The notes under the pieces: model-generated
Told to the model about the DNA's origin: nothing
The model's database searches: none
Seen by the model: the letters and a program-made list of their open reading frames with translations, nothing else
In this document: piece by piece, positions 1 through 33,913 of the stretch
Position numbering within the stretch: position 1 is the first letter of the stretch
Layout of the letters: each line of letters begins with the position of its first letter
Position numbers and translations under genes: made by a program
Assembly (NCBI GenBank): GCA_002269645.1
Contig: NIVC01000364.1
Location: 124,001 to 188,000, forward strand
Length of the DNA: 64,000 bases
Reading direction: 5' to 3'
Source of the DNA: Macrostomum lignano
Taxonomy: Eukaryota

Positions 1-420
1 TCACCAATAAGCCAGTCTTGATTGTCACCAATAAGCCAGTCCTGATTGTCACCAATAAGCCAGTCCTGATTGTCACCAATAAGCCAGTCTTGATTGTCAC
101 CAATAAGCCAGTCTTGATTGTCACCAATAAGCCAGTCTTGATTGTCACCAATAAGCCAGTCTTGATTGTCACCAATAAGCCAGTCTTGATTGTCACCAAT
201 AAGCCAGTCTTGATTGTCACCAATAAGCCAGTCCTGATTGTCACCAATAAGCCAGTCTTGATTGTCACCAATAAGCCAGCCTTGATTGTCACCAATAAGC
301 CACCAGCCTTGATTGCCACCAATAAGCCAGCCTTGATTGCCACCAATAAGCCAGCCTTGATTGCCACCAATAAGCCAGCCTTGATTGCCACCAATAAGCC
401 AGCCTTGATTGCCACCAATA
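1..420. repeat. 24-bp minisatellite (TTGATTGTCACCAATAAGCCAGTC)n, about 17 copies, truncated by the window edge
   Basis: Directly visible periodicity; it produces the spurious IVTNKPVL ORF. Confidence 0.97.
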
Positions 421-1439
421 AGCTACAAGTGTTGTAAATCTATTGGCGTTGATAAAAATCTACACCGAGAGAAATCATAATCTTTGAAAAGCATGCCCGT
501 ACAAGTCACGGGTTATTCGTACAGGGGTGTGTTAAAGTGCTGGTAAAACTTCATTTGGGGTGCGGCTTTAGTACGTCGCTCGTATGCACGCAAAGCATAC
601 TCTAGCAACGTCTTAACTACATGTGGATTTTTACCTGAGGCACTGTGCAATCAGCCTGTTTTAGTGTATTGAGATTCCGATCAAAGCACTCTGCGTTACA
701 GAATGTTGCCAATTTCTTATTAAATTGCTCGTACACAAACAAGTACGAGTACTGTGCATGAACCGGGACTTGTACATTTTATGTTGACTGCATGTGTAGC
801 GCGTTTGCGCTGACTTTTTGGCTGTCCAGGCCGCAGTTCGCCGCCACTATACAATCGGAAATGGGCCGGATTTCTCTCTCTCTCTGTTTTTCAAGCTTTT
901 AACGCCTGCCAACTGACTTGTTATACATGGTAGATATTCTCCTCTCTCTCTTATCTTTTCTCTCCGCACCCCTCTGCTGAGTGAAGCAGTTCGCACGCAG
1001 CCGTCACCGCGCCCGTCTTCAGGCTGCACAGCAATAGACCAGTTATTGCTAAACAGATTGGAATTGATTGCAGGACCGCACCAAGCAGAGGCGTGCGCGC
1101 GCGCCCCGCCCCCCTTATTTTCTCTCTGTGTCCCCCACCTCCCCGTCCCATGCAATTTTGTTTTGTTATCTAACAAACGGTTTTAACTGCTAAAAGACGC
1201 GGCGTTTATTTCAGATTAAAAACTCTGCCGCCTACAGCTAACGTGGTTGCTTGCGTCTCGCGGAGTTCTTATAGCTTAGCTTTTTAACTTTACTAAGCCC
1301 GCAACAGTTGGACTTGGTACTCTCCTCTCCTCTCTGTATAGCAGCAGTCCTGCCAGCGCGAGCCGAGCCCCTGCACCACGCTTTAATAATAACGATTCCG
1401 CATTTTGACCGTTGGATTTTGATCCACAAGCAGACCCTG

Positions 1440-8570
<7,131 letters not shown>

Positions 8571-8719
8571 CTAGCGAGAGGGCGGGGAATTCCTGCTGTC
8601 ACAGGTGTGCAGGACTCTGCTGGTAGCTGCTTGCGTACTTTGTAGACTTTAGCTCTTAGATTGCAGTCTTTGTTATTTTATCGCTGCTGAAATTTCCATG
8701 CTTGCATGTGCTCTTCTTG

Positions 8720-9290
8720 TAATGCTCGATTCCATGAATTTTCCGAATTTCCTGAATTTCCTGAATGTGTCCGAATTTCCAGAATTTCTCGAATGTACTG
8801 AATTTCCTGAATTTCCTTAATTTTTTAAATTTCCTTTCCAATTTCATGGATTTCCTGAATGTTCCGAATTTCCTGAATTTCCCGATTTCTTGAATTTCCT
8901 GGGTTTCCTGAATTTTCAGAAATTTCCGGCTCTTCTTCCCAATTTTCTGACCTGAATTTCCCAATTTTCTGAAATTTCCCGAATTTCCTGAATTTCCAAT
9001 TTATTTTCAATTTCCTGAATTTCCCGATTTGCTGAATTTGCTGAATTTTCTGAGTTTACTTCCCAATTTTCTGAATTTCGTGAAATTCGTGAATTTTCAA
9101 ATTTTCTGAATTTTCTAAATCTCCCAATTTCCTGAATTTCCCAATTTTCTGAAATTTCTCTTGCATTTCCCAAATTTCCCGATTTCCGAATTTCCCAAAT
9201 TCAGTCTGTCTTCATTTTCCTGATAATCTGAACTTCCTAAATTACCAAATTTACATAACATCCTGATTTTTCTGAATTTTCCAATAGAAA
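8720..9290. repeat. Degenerate AATTTCCTGA-type low-complexity repeat
   Basis: Recurrent AATTTCC/TGAATTT motifs. Confidence 0.85.
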
Positions 9291-9624
9291 ATTTTCTAAA
9301 GTCTCTTTTAGATTTCTTTTTTTCTTAAAACAAAGGACAGTTCACTCATTTCTTCAACTATAACTGCCTGCATCAAAACTGCGGACTAACCCGAGTTGCA
9401 GAATCGTCTCGAAAATGAACTTACGGAGCAGAGGGTTTGCCAGATCTTAGCGGCCCGTTCTGGTCCAGACTCCCTGATTTGAGTGACTCTGGAGTACCAA
9501 TTTGTTTCTGATTTTTATTTTTAACATTTGTAATTAAATTTTCAATATCTCTATGAAAGTGCGCTTGGCTTGAACGAATTACCATTGAGCTGCTTGCCGT
9601 TATCTCTGTACCTACATGTATGTA

Positions 9625-10150
9625 TCTCTGCCACCCTCTGACACCCTCTGCCACCCTCTGACACCCTCTGCCACCCTCTGCCTCCCTCTGCCTCCCTCTG
9701 CCTCCCTCTGCCTCCCTCTGCCCCTCTGCCAGTCCTCTGCCCCTCTGCCAGTCCTCTGCCACCCTCTGCCACCCTCTGCCACCCTCTGACACCCTCTGCC
9801 ACCCTCTGCCTCCCTCTGCCTCCCTCTGCCTCCCTCTGCCCCTCTGCCAGTCCTCTGCCCCTCTGCCAGTCCTCTGCCCCTCTGCCAGTCCTCTGCCACC
9901 CTCTGCCACCCTCTGCCAGTCCTCTGCCACCCTCTGCCACCCTCTGCCACCCTCTGCCACCCTCTGCCACCCTCTGCCACCCTCTCTGCCACCCTCTGCC
10001 ACCCTCTCTGCCACCCTCTGCCACCCTCTCTGCCACCCTCTGCCACCCTCTCTGCCACCCTCTGCCACCCTCTCTGCCACCCTCTGCCACCCTCTCTGCC
10101 ACCCTCTGCCACCCTCTGACACCCTCTGTCACCCTCTGCCACCCTCTCTG
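9625..10150. repeat. 10-bp minisatellite (CCACCCTCTG)n with variants
   Basis: Directly visible. Confidence 0.96.
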
Positions 10151-10544
10151 CCTTCATAGTTTCTAATATCCCACATGCGTGCCATTTCCTACGAGTACAT
10201 TACGCTTGCACGAGTACTATTAGTAGTAAAAACCAATATAACTCTGCCAAATTTTAAAGCCAATAAAGGCTGGCCGTTGCATCAACATTTTGCCAAAAAT
10301 CTTTAAAGCACCGATAACAATTTCGAATTCTGTTGTTGTTGATTTTTTAGTTTTTTCCTACAGGAAAAATGCTTATTCCCTACATAAGTATCCCGTGAAA
10401 TATGATATTGAAACTCTGGTAATTTGATCATCTCAAGTATCACTCAACGATTGCTTTCTTGGACTTCCGTTGGGTCATCGATTCACGGACTTGATTTGAG
10501 TGCGTCCGAGATACAGAAATCAGTAATTTAATTAGTGATATACT

Positions 10545-11015
10545 TTCAGTGGTCCTTGGCTTACGTTCTGATTGCTACTAGTGGTCCTTGGCTCACGCCT
10601 TGATATACTGCTAGTGGTCCTTGACTTACGTACTGATTGCTACTAGTGACCTTGGCTCACGCCCTGATATACTGCTAGTGGTCCTTGACTTACGTACTGA
10701 TTGCTACTAGTGACCTTGGCTCACGCCCTGATATACTGCTAGTGGTCCTTGACTTACGTACTGATTGCTACTAGTGGTCCTTAGCTCACGCCTTGATATA
10801 CTGCTAGTGGTCCTTGGCTTACGTTCTGATTGCTACTAGTGGTCCTCGGCTCACGTCCTGATATACTCCTAGTGGTCCTTGGCTCACGTTTTGATATACT
10901 GCTAGTGGTCCTTGGCTCAAGTCTTGATATACTGCTAGTGGTCCTTGGCTCACGTTCTGATATACTGCTAGTGGTCCTTGACTCAAGTCTTGATATACTG
11001 CTAGTGGTCCTTGGC
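10545..11015. repeat. ~30-33-bp minisatellite (CTGCTAGTGGTCCTTGGCTCACGTTTTGATATA)n
   Basis: Directly visible. Confidence 0.94.
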
Positions 11016-11707
11016 TTATCCAAGATCGCAGCCCCGTTGAACTGAAACGGCTGGCACCAACTGTCAAGTGAAGTCAGCAAAGATCACCAAACTCGTATTT
11101 AGTTTAAATATTAGTCAGTAAAACGCAGTTCAAACTGTTTATTTGTTTTATTAACATAAGCCATTAACATTTTTTCCAAACAGGAATAATCTTGCAAAAT
11201 TCAGTGCATTGCGCAGTTGTTCACACCTTGACTTAATTACTCGGATCAATTAGATATCATTAGTAATAAAAATAGTTAGAGCGCTCAACAATTTACAATT
11301 AAGGCCTCTCTGGAAATCAGTCAGTCAGATTTTATATTGCTGCAGCCGCAGCGGGTAGCATAAAAAATAAAGAGGCTTTGAAAAATAAAATCACTCACAC
11401 AAAAAAAGCAGAGAAGGCACAACAAAAGAGCTTGGGTAAAACTGCCGAGAAAAAAACCAATTGAGCCAAAAAACACGAAGCGTTGTTCTCGCCTTTTTAT
11501 TCGTCTACGATTTTTTTTTCATTTCAGCGATAGAAAATTTGACTGAAGAGAGAAAGAGTACAAAAATATTCGAGTTTTTAGTGCACTGTTTTCATAGAGA
11601 GAGAGAGAGAGAAGTTTTGAGACAACTTTACTGTTAGGAGACAATGCCTTAGAAAAGTAGACACAGAAAGCCAAGAGTCTCTGGGTTGTCCGTCTCGAAC
11701 TCCCGGC

Positions 11708-14700
11708 TCAGGCAGCTTGCTCTGAAATTCAGCATTAAGTTTGCATTTGCGAATTCACCTCGGTAAACTTTGTCGTTTCCGCTCCCCATCTATTCCGCCC
11801 CTAAGATCCGCCCCCGATACTTCCTCAGAACCAACTTCCGTCCTTGCAATCCTCTCTCAGATCCGCTCCCCAGATCTGGCGGATGATGAAGGCTCATGAT
11901 GAAGATGAGGAAGGTAAAGTTAGATCCGCCCTTCAGACCTGCCGCTCCAATCCTCACTCAAATCCGCCCTTCAGCCCACCCTTCAGATCCGCCCCTCAGA
12001 TCAGCCCCTCAGATCCGCCCTTCAGATCCGCCCTTCAGATCTACCCCTCAGATCCGCCCCTCAGATCCGCCCTCAGATCCGCCCTCAAATCCGCCCTCAG
12101 ATCCGCCCTCAGATCCGCCCTCAAATCCGCCCTCAGATCCGCCCTCAGATCCGCCCTCAGATCCGCCCCTCAGATCCGCCCCTCACGTCCGCCCCTCAGA
12201 TCCGCCCCTCAGATCCGCCCTCAGATCCGCCTCTCAGATCCGCCCCTCACGTCCGCCCCTTAGATCCGCCCTTCAGATTTGCCCCTCCAATCTCCAATCC
12301 TCTATCAGTTCAGCCATTCAGATCCGCCCTCAAATTCGCCCCTCCAATCCTCTATCAGATCCGCCATTCAGATCCGCCCTCAAATTCGCCCCTCCAATTC
12401 TCTATCAGATCCGCTTTTCAGATCCGCCCTCCAATCCTCTATCAGATCCGCCCTTCCTTCAGATCCGCCCTTCAGATCCGCCCCTCCAATCCTCTCTAAG
12501 ATCCGCCCTTCCTTCAGATCCGCTCTTCAGATCCGCCCCTCCAATTCTCTCTCAGATCCGCCCTTCAGATCCGCCCTTCAGATCCGCCCTTCAGATCCGC
12601 CCTTCAGATCCGCCCTTCAGATCCGCCCCTCAGATCCGCCCTTCAGATCCGCCCCTCAGATCCGCCCTCAGATCCGCCCCTCAGATCCGCTCTTTGAACT
12701 CACGTTCCTCCCCGGCGGTCTCGCCCTGAGCGGCGGCCTCTCCCTCGGCTGCCGGCGCCGGCGAAGCGGCATCTGGCGGGGCGTCACCGGCCGCCGGCGT
12801 CGCCGAAGTCTCGGCTTGGTCTCCGGCCTCCGGCGCTACCGCCGCCTCGTCCGCCGGCTTTTCTTCGCCCGCACCTTCGGCATTCTCGGCTGGCTGCGGC
12901 GTGGAACTTCCGGCTGCGGCGGCGCCTGCCAGTTGAAAAAAGTGAACGGTCGTAATTAAGTAGATTTCAAACTGGCCGGCTTCATCGCTTATTAAAATGT
13001 TTACCAATCTCCCCGTTTGCCTCGGGGGCAGCGCCGTTCTCCTGCTTCTTGTCGGCGTTGTCGGCCGCGTTGGCCTGCTGCTGCTGCTGCTGCTGGCCCG
13101 CTGCCGGCTTGGAGGAGTTCGCGGCCGCGTTGCCGCTGGCCGCCGTCTGTCCGCCTGCCGGCTTGTTGCCGTTCGCAACTGGATGGTGGGAAAGGGTGGG
13201 TGGGTTTTTATGGCTGCAGAAGTAAAGTTAGTCTGCTTGTAATGGCGATGAGTCTCTCCTACCTCACATCCCAACACGCATCCGCCCATCATCCGCCCCA
13301 TCGTCCGCCCTATCATCCGCTCTCTAACATCCGCCCCATCATCCGCTGTCTATCATCCGCTCATCAAACGCCCCATCATCCGCTCTCTATCATCCGCCCC
13401 ATCATCCGCTGTCTATCATCCGCTCATCATCCGCCCCATCATCCGCTGTCTATCATCCGCCCATCATCCGCCCCATCATCCGCTCTCTATCATCCGCCCC
13501 ATCATCCGCTCTCTATCATCCGCCCCATCATCCGCTGTCTATCATCCGCTCATCATCCGCCCCATCATCTGCTCTCTAACATCCGCCCCATCATCTGCCT
13601 CATCATCCTCCCCATCATCCGCCCCATCATCTGCCTCATCATCCGCTGTCTATCATCCGCTCATCATCCTCCCCATCATCTGCTCTCTATCATCCACCCC
13701 ATCATCCGCCTCATCATCCTCCCCATCATCCGCCCCATAATCTGCCTCATCATCCGCTGTCTATCATCCGCTCATCATCCTCCCCATCATCTGCTCTCTA
13801 ACATCCGCCCCATCATCCGCCTCATCATCCTCCCCATCATCCGCCCCATCATCTGCCTCATCATCCTCCCCATCATCTGCTCTCTAACATCCGCCCCATC
13901 ATCCGCTCTCTATCATCCGCCCCATCATCCGCCCCATCATCCGCTCTCCATTGTCCGCCTCATCATCTGTCTAATCAACCAACCAGTTATCAACCGCCCA
14001 TCACCTGCCCTTAAATATTCCTCGTTTGTCTTCAGTTCTCTATCATCCCTTATCCTCCGCCCCCCATAATCCGCCTCTCGTCAGGACTGTCTTTTTACTA
14101 TCAGTTTAAAGGACCACGTGCGTCATTCAGCATCGCGGAAAATTTATACTGCGCAACGGAATTTTTTTTAATCGATGCCCTGTCGGATCTCCACCGCCTC
14201 CGCGTTGCTAGCCAAAATAGTCAGTTGAAACGGTGGGGGAGGGGTTATCGCATGTCCATTGTCCACCCCGCGGCCCTCACGATTCCCAATTATCCATATC
14301 TGGTATGAGGAAGAGGGGAGGCGGGTTAGAGGGGATGGAACTTCCAGCCTCTTTAAAGCTGCGGCCCCCTGTCGCGTTGTTAGCCAAATGATTTCGCCGC
14401 GACCCTCTGTCTCTGTGTGTGTCCGGGTGTCCGGTAGCGAATGGGTTGGTGTGGGTGGCTGGCGGGCTTGCCCACTAAAACAAACGAGCGTCAGTAAATA
14501 CGTTGCCATGGTAACGCTGAGGACTGGGGGAGAGAGGAAGAGGGAAATAGGAGAGTCGCCAGACGGGACAAGCCCTGTTTTCCATGCCCCAGTTCAACCC
14601 CCCCCCCACCCGGCTGCTGAAGTGTGCGGCAGTATTGTAGACGCCGACAAAAACAATTTTCCACCCCAAATCCCCAGAGCGCTTCTACTAGAGGCAGGAG

Positions 14701-15390
14701 AGGGGAAGAGAGAGAGGCGGGTAGGGAAGGTAAAAAGTGGCTCGCTGCGGTGTGAGTGGGGAATTGGGGAGTAAATAGATTCCCTATAGACCTGCCAGCT
14801 GCATTCTCTATTCCCTGTTCCCTGTTCCTACCCTGGTTGCCAGGGCCATGGACAGCTAACTCTGTGGAGTTCTCAAGCGAGAGAAAGAGGAGAATGAGAT
14901 GAGATTTCAATGCGAGGTGGGCTTCCCCCCCCCTCGTTTCTCTATTTTTATTTTTGCAGCTGTTCGCTCCAACTTTGCACACGCTTAGCATTGGTTACCA
15001 TGGCAACAGGTTTTTTACGAATACTATAGTCATTTCGCGTTTGCAGAGATTTGAAGGCCCCGTTTGACGATAACCGATGAAGAGAAAGGAGATTGGACAT
15101 TTGAATGCTACAATTCAATAATTTTGGTGTGCTGGGAAGATTTGAAGCATTTGTCTACTCAGAATCTTCGGATTGTGGGGTAGTAGCTAACGAACAACCA
15201 GCATAGCTAGAAAACCAGCTGAAAGAGATGATGGCACTGAGGGCCTCACTTCCATTCCTGACTATGTTACGAGCATATACGTGACAATGATTTCGTTGAT
15301 TACAATTGATTACATTCACAAGCTCTTTTATTAAAATACATGTACTTCGTCCTTACCCTGCTGCTGGCCTTTGCTGCTGTTGCAACCCAT
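11708..15390 (-). CDS. Novel 147-aa Ala/Glu/Gln-rich disordered protein with N-terminal MGCNSSK dual-acylation motif. Exons 15390-15357, 13178-13005, 12925-12704, 11721-11708
   Basis: Four exons with canonical GT-AG sites (GTAAGG, GTAAAC, GTGAGT donors), all phase 1, summing to 444 nt: [22 protein letters not shown]...[23 protein letters not shown]...GETAGEEQQAA*. A minus-strand AATAAA lies near 11140. No family recognised with certainty. Confidence 0.78.
11920..12690. repeat. 12-13-bp minisatellite (TCAGATCCGCCC)n in intron 3 of the novel gene
   Basis: Starts immediately after the GTGAGT donor at 12703. Confidence 0.95.
13280..13960. repeat. Degenerate 12-bp minisatellite (CATCATCCGCCC)n in intron 1 of the novel gene
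   Basis: Directly visible. Confidence 0.93.
14502..14515. promoter_or_regulatory. RFX X-box GTTGCCATGGTAAC
   Basis: Perfect match to the GTTNCCATGGNAAC consensus. Confidence 0.75.
14994..15007. promoter_or_regulatory. RFX X-box GTTACCATGGCAAC
   Basis: Perfect consensus; exact reverse complement of the site at 14502. Confidence 0.75.
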
Positions 15391-15729
15391 GCCGATATGT
15401 CAATCAGTTGGTTTTCCTGTCCTGTCGACTGTGTGTACACACGAAAGCGAAACCCGGTCAAGACTTTGTTATTTAACCGGCTTAAGGGAAGTCGAACTGC
15501 TTCTAGTCAAGAAAAAATCGATTTCTATAAGCTGGGGTAGAAGAACTATAATTTCAAAGCAAGCAAGATTAGAAGAGACTGGCGGCAGCTGCTGCAGAAG
15601 CAGAAGTGAGGACAAAGGAGGGACTGGCAAAGACAATGGGGCCGAGGCGAGGCGGGAGGTCTCTCTTGAGGGGGGGGGCTGGCGACAGCATTTTTATTTG
15701 CACCCCAGGTTTTGCTTCAGGATATGCTT

Positions 15730-15743
15730 GTTGGCATGGCAAC
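15730..15743. promoter_or_regulatory. RFX X-box GTTGGCATGGCAAC (one mismatch)
   Basis: About 340 bp upstream of the ATG at 15390 (minus strand). Confidence 0.6.
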
Positions 15744-16239
15744 GGGCTCGGGGTTGGGATCGGGGTTGGAGTGGGGAAGCAGCAGGAAAACTGTCAGGCG
15801 TTTGGGAGGCTGGGTAGCGGGAGAGATGGAGCCACGGATTGGGGGAATTTGGGCATAGGGAGAAGTTGCGCGATTATTTCTGCTGGGAATTATAGAGCTG
15901 GGCATGGAGGCGGGTTTTGGACAAGGCAAACAGATGAGAAGGGAGTTAGAGGGGTTGGGTTGAGCTGTTGCTGAGCAGGCCAGAGGGGAACAGCAGCGTG
16001 GGAACTGCCAAGCTCTACAATATTGAGCAGCCGTCTGAGCAGGGAATGAGCACCAATTGGATCCGATTAGATCTTTGGAGAATTAAGACCAAACAAGACG
16101 TTGAAAGCAATTTGCAGTTGTCTGATTAACCAATTGATTAAAATCGAATTCTTGACAGAATTTTCATGCATCACACTTTTGTAAATGTTTTTTTCACACG
16201 TTCTGTTTCGTGGCGCTCTCACGGTCACTGCCACCGGCA

Positions 16240-16990
16240 CTTTAGTTGTCACTGTCACTGTCACTGCAACCCCTCACTGTCACTGCAACTCCGTCACTGT
16301 CACTGCAACCCCGTCAATGTCACTGCAACTCCTCTGTGTCACTGAAACCCCGTCAATGTCACTGCAACCCGTCACTGTAACTGCAACCCCGTCACTGTCA
16401 CTGCAACCCCGTCACTGTCACTGCAACTCCTCTGTGTCACTGAAACCCCGTCAATGTCACTGCAACCCCGTCACTGTCACTGCAACCCCGTCAATGTCAC
16501 TGCAACTCCTTTGTGTCACTGCAACCCCGTCACTGTCACTGCAACCCCGTCACTGTCACTGCAACCCCGTCACTGTCACTGCAACCCCGTCAATGTCACT
16601 GCAACTCCTTTGTGTCACTGCAACCCCGTCACTGTCACTGCAACCCCGTCACTGTCACTGCAACCCCTCACTGTCTCTACAACCCCTCACTGTCACTGAA
16701 ACAGTCACTGTCACTGCAACCCCTCACTGTCACTGAAACAGTCACTGTCACTGAAACAGGCACTGTCACTGTAACCCCTCACTGTCACTGTAATCCAGTC
16801 ACTGTCACTGAAACAGTCACTGCAACCCCTCACTGTCACTGCAACCCCGTCACTGTCACTGAAACAGTCACTGTCACTGTAACCCCTCACTGTCACTGTA
16901 ACCCCTCACTGTCACTGTAATCCAGTCACTGTCACTGAAACAGTCACTGTAGCCCCGTCACTGTCACTGCAACCCAGTCACTGTCACGAT
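16240..16990. repeat. GTCACT-based degenerate minisatellite (GTCACTGCAACCCCGTCACT)n
   Basis: Directly visible. Confidence 0.94.
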
Positions 16991-17305
16991 ACCAACTTAT
17001 TAAACTAGTGGATTTACTGATGAATGACTCCGAAAAAACTATTTAAAAAATTGAAGGTTTACCGATTAGCTCTAATATTTAATATTGATATTTCATCATT
17101 TATTCAATTGAAAACACACGGAAGCATCTCTTGATGGAAAATGTTTTTGTTTATAGCTCATATTGTTAGTAATAAATAAAAACGCATATGAAGTATATAG
17201 AAGTCGGACGTTAACACGACGCATTAAAAGACAAAGACAAAAAGTTACATAGTCACATGCAATCTTGCTACTTGCAGTAGCTAGTAATATTCATAGTCAG
17301 TTTAA

Positions 17306-30857
<13,552 letters not shown>

Positions 30858-31117
30858 CCGAGCGACAAACAGCCACAGAAGAAGAAGAAGAAGCAGGAAT
30901 TCTTTCGCTGAAATTATCGGTTGGAAGAAAACAAAAAGTTAAATGTCGGCTGGGGGGGGGGATTTCTGCACGAAGACAGCGTCAGCTGATGCGCAAACTT
31001 CCCAGACCCCCGGGACCCTTGCGCTGTGGATAATATAAGAGACTGCATGCGGCAGACACGCATTTGGAGACAATTTTTGCAAAAAATTGCAAAAAATCAA
31101 AGATAGATTGCAAAAAA

Positions 31118-33913
31118 ATGCAACGCGCGATTCGATACTTTGCTCTGATTGTCATGAGCTGGCTTGGTAATTGATTAACTATTGTTTTGTAACTTTTATT
31201 GTGAAATAGCATATATATGAGTATTGCTTTTTAGCCAGAGACTTATTACATATATGATGGGTATTAAACCGTGAGCCACTGTCAAGGTTGAACAATCTGT
31301 TTTCTTAAAGTTAATTTTTTCTACATTAGACCATAATAAATAGCACTATTATAGTAATAAGTAACAGAAATTAAGACAGACTGTCCACCTATTAGAGTAG
31401 GGTGTCCACCTTTAGGAGTAAGGGTGTCCACCTTTAGGGGTAATGATGTCCACCTGTAGAGGTAAAGTGTCCACCTGTAGGGATAGAGAGTGTCCAGTGT
31501 CCACCTGTAGGGATAGAGAGTGTCCAGTGTCCACCTGTAGGGATAGGCTGTCCACTTGTAAGGGTAAGGGTATCCACCTGTAGGGATAGGCTGTCCACCT
31601 GTAGGGATAGGGTGTCCACCTTTAGGGGTAAGGGTGTCCACCTGTAGGGATAGGCTGTCCACCTGTAGGGATAGGGTGTCCACCTTTAGGGGTAATGATG
31701 TCCACCTGTAGAGGTAAGGTGTCCACCTGTAGGGATAGAGAGTGTCCAGTGTCCACCTGTAGGGATAGGCTGTCCACTTGTAAGGGTAAGGGTGTCCAAC
31801 TGTAGGGATAGGGTGTCCACCTGTATGGATAGGGTGTCCACCTGTAGGGATAGGCTGTCCACTTGTAAGGGTAAGGGTATCCACCTGTAGGGATAGGCTG
31901 TCCACCTGTAGGGATAGGGTGTCCACCTTTAGGGGTAAGGGTGTCCACCTGTAGAGGTAAGGTGTCCACCTGTAGGGATAGAGAGTGTCCAGTGTCCACC
32001 TGTAGGGATAGGCTGTCCACTTGTAAGGGTAAGGGTGTCCAACTGTAGGGATAGGGTGTCCACCTGTATGGATAGGGTGTCCACCTGTAGGGATAGGCTG
32101 TCCACTTGTAAGGGTAAGGGTATCCACCTGTAGGGATAGGCTGTCCACCTGTAGGGATAGGGTGTCCACCTTTAGGGGTAAGGGTGTCCACCTGTAGAGG
32201 TAAGGTGTCCACCTGTAGGGATAGAGAGTGACCAGTGTCCACCTGTAGGGATAGGCTGTCCACTTGTAAGGGTAAGGGTGTCCACCTGTAGGGGTAGGGT
32301 GTCCACCTGTAGGGATAGGGTGTCCACCTGTAGGGATAGGCTGTCCACCTGTAGGGATAGGGTGTCCACCTGTAGGGATAGGGTGTCCACCTGTAGGGAT
32401 AAGGGTGTCCACCTGTAGGGATAGGCTGTCCACCTGTAGGGATAGGGTGTCCACCTGTAGGGATAGGGTGTCCACCTGTAGGGATAAGGGTGTCCACCTG
32501 TAAGGATAGGGTGTCCACCTGTAGGGATAGGGTGTCCACCTGTAGGGATAGGGTATCCACCTGTAGGGATAGGCTGTCCACCTGTAGGGATAGGCTGTCC
32601 ACCTGTAGGGATAGGCTGTCCACCTGTAGGGATAGGCTGTCCGGGATAGGTTGTCCACCTGTAAAGATAGGCTGTCCACCTGTAGGGATAGGGTGTCCAC
32701 CTGTAGGGATAGGCTGTCCGGGATAGGTTGTCCACCTGTAAAGATAGGGTGTCCATCTGTTAGAGTAGGGTGTCCACCTGTAAGGATAGGGTGTCCACCT
32801 GTGGAATAGGGTGTCTGCCTGCAAGGATAAGAGCGTCCACTAAAAGAGGGACTAAGTAGACACCACTAAAAGTTACGAGTCCAGTGGTCCTTGAGAATAG
32901 TGTCCATGTGTAGGGAAATAGCCGAGATTGTCCCCGATTCACAGGTTCTGATAGCCAGAGCACATTGTTCAACCCTGAAGCCCATAGGATAAATTGAAAA
33001 ATCGGCAGGATGAGAAGGCCCGCTTCGAATCCCTTCGCCCGCAGGCCTCATTTCGCTGCCAAGCGTTGACGCAGCCAAAAGGCCGAGGCCGACTCCCACG
33101 ACCGTCCCGATGCGCAAGCTGTGCCTGGAGCACGGCGGCGCCGACTGGATCTTCACCAAGAGCTTCTCCATAGACGAGATGCTGCATTATTGCGAGACCC
33201 TGGCTGGCAACACGGCTACGCTGCAGCGAGTCGCCGAGCAGTGGCCGAGCATCTCCGACCAGCGCGGCGCCTGCTACAATCCTGACAGTTGGACTTTCCA
33301 GCCAGGCGCTTACAGCTTCCTGTTGCGAGCTATATTCCGTCATCATATCGATGTCAACCTGGACGGCAAGATGAGCTGGCGAGAGATGCGGCTCTACCTG
33401 GAGCCGGCGCTGCGCTACCGCCTGCTTCCAGGCCTCCTGGATGACGAATACCGCAGCCTGCTGGACGCTCACTTCCGCGGCTCTCGAACGCCCCGGATGC
33501 CGATTAGCGAAGCGGAGTTCGTGTCGGCCGCGCTGCGGATGCTTCGAGCCGAGTGGCCGCTGTTGGTGAAGCGGACCATCCCGGATCTGGACGGCGACAA
33601 CTGCGTGACCAGGGCGGAGTTCGCCAGGGCCGACTGTCGGCGCAGGATCAAGGAGGTGGACCTGTACTTCCGGGTGGCCGATCTGGACGGCAATCGGGCC
33701 GTGACGGGGCCGGAGCTGATGCACTTCCGGGACACGGTGCAGCCGCAACCGGGCGAGGAGAGCGGCGCGCAGGCGTTTAATGCGTTCTTCGGCGCAGTGC
33801 AGGGCATGATCGACAGCTACAAGGAGGACTATTATCATAAGACGTCGTACGCGCACGATCAGATGATCACGTTCAACGAGATCAATTTGTACATCTGCGA
33901 GCGAGTCATCTAA
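31118..33913 (+). CDS. Secreted multi-EF-hand calcium-binding protein, about 305 aa. Exons 31118-31166 and 33045-33913
   Basis: The spliced N-terminus MQRAIRYFALIVMSWLG|LISLPSVDA-AKRP forms a clear signal peptide. Canonical EF loops DVNLDGKMSWRE, DLDGDNCVTRAE and DLDGNRAVTGPE. Total 918 nt. Confidence 0.78.
31390..32820. repeat. 22-23-bp minisatellite (GTGTCCACCTGTAGGGATAGGG)n with higher-order blocks, in the EF-hand gene intron
   Basis: Directly visible. Confidence 0.96.

Noticed and set aside
18-437. Long repetitive ORFs here and at 9421-10157, 11844-12729, 16185-16920, 22769-23260, 25032-25670, 31321-32824, 37367-37957, 40243-41034, 50628-51921 and 54260-57484
   Set aside because: They coincide exactly with stop-free tandem repeats, are open in several frames or strands, and mostly lie in introns of recognisable genes.
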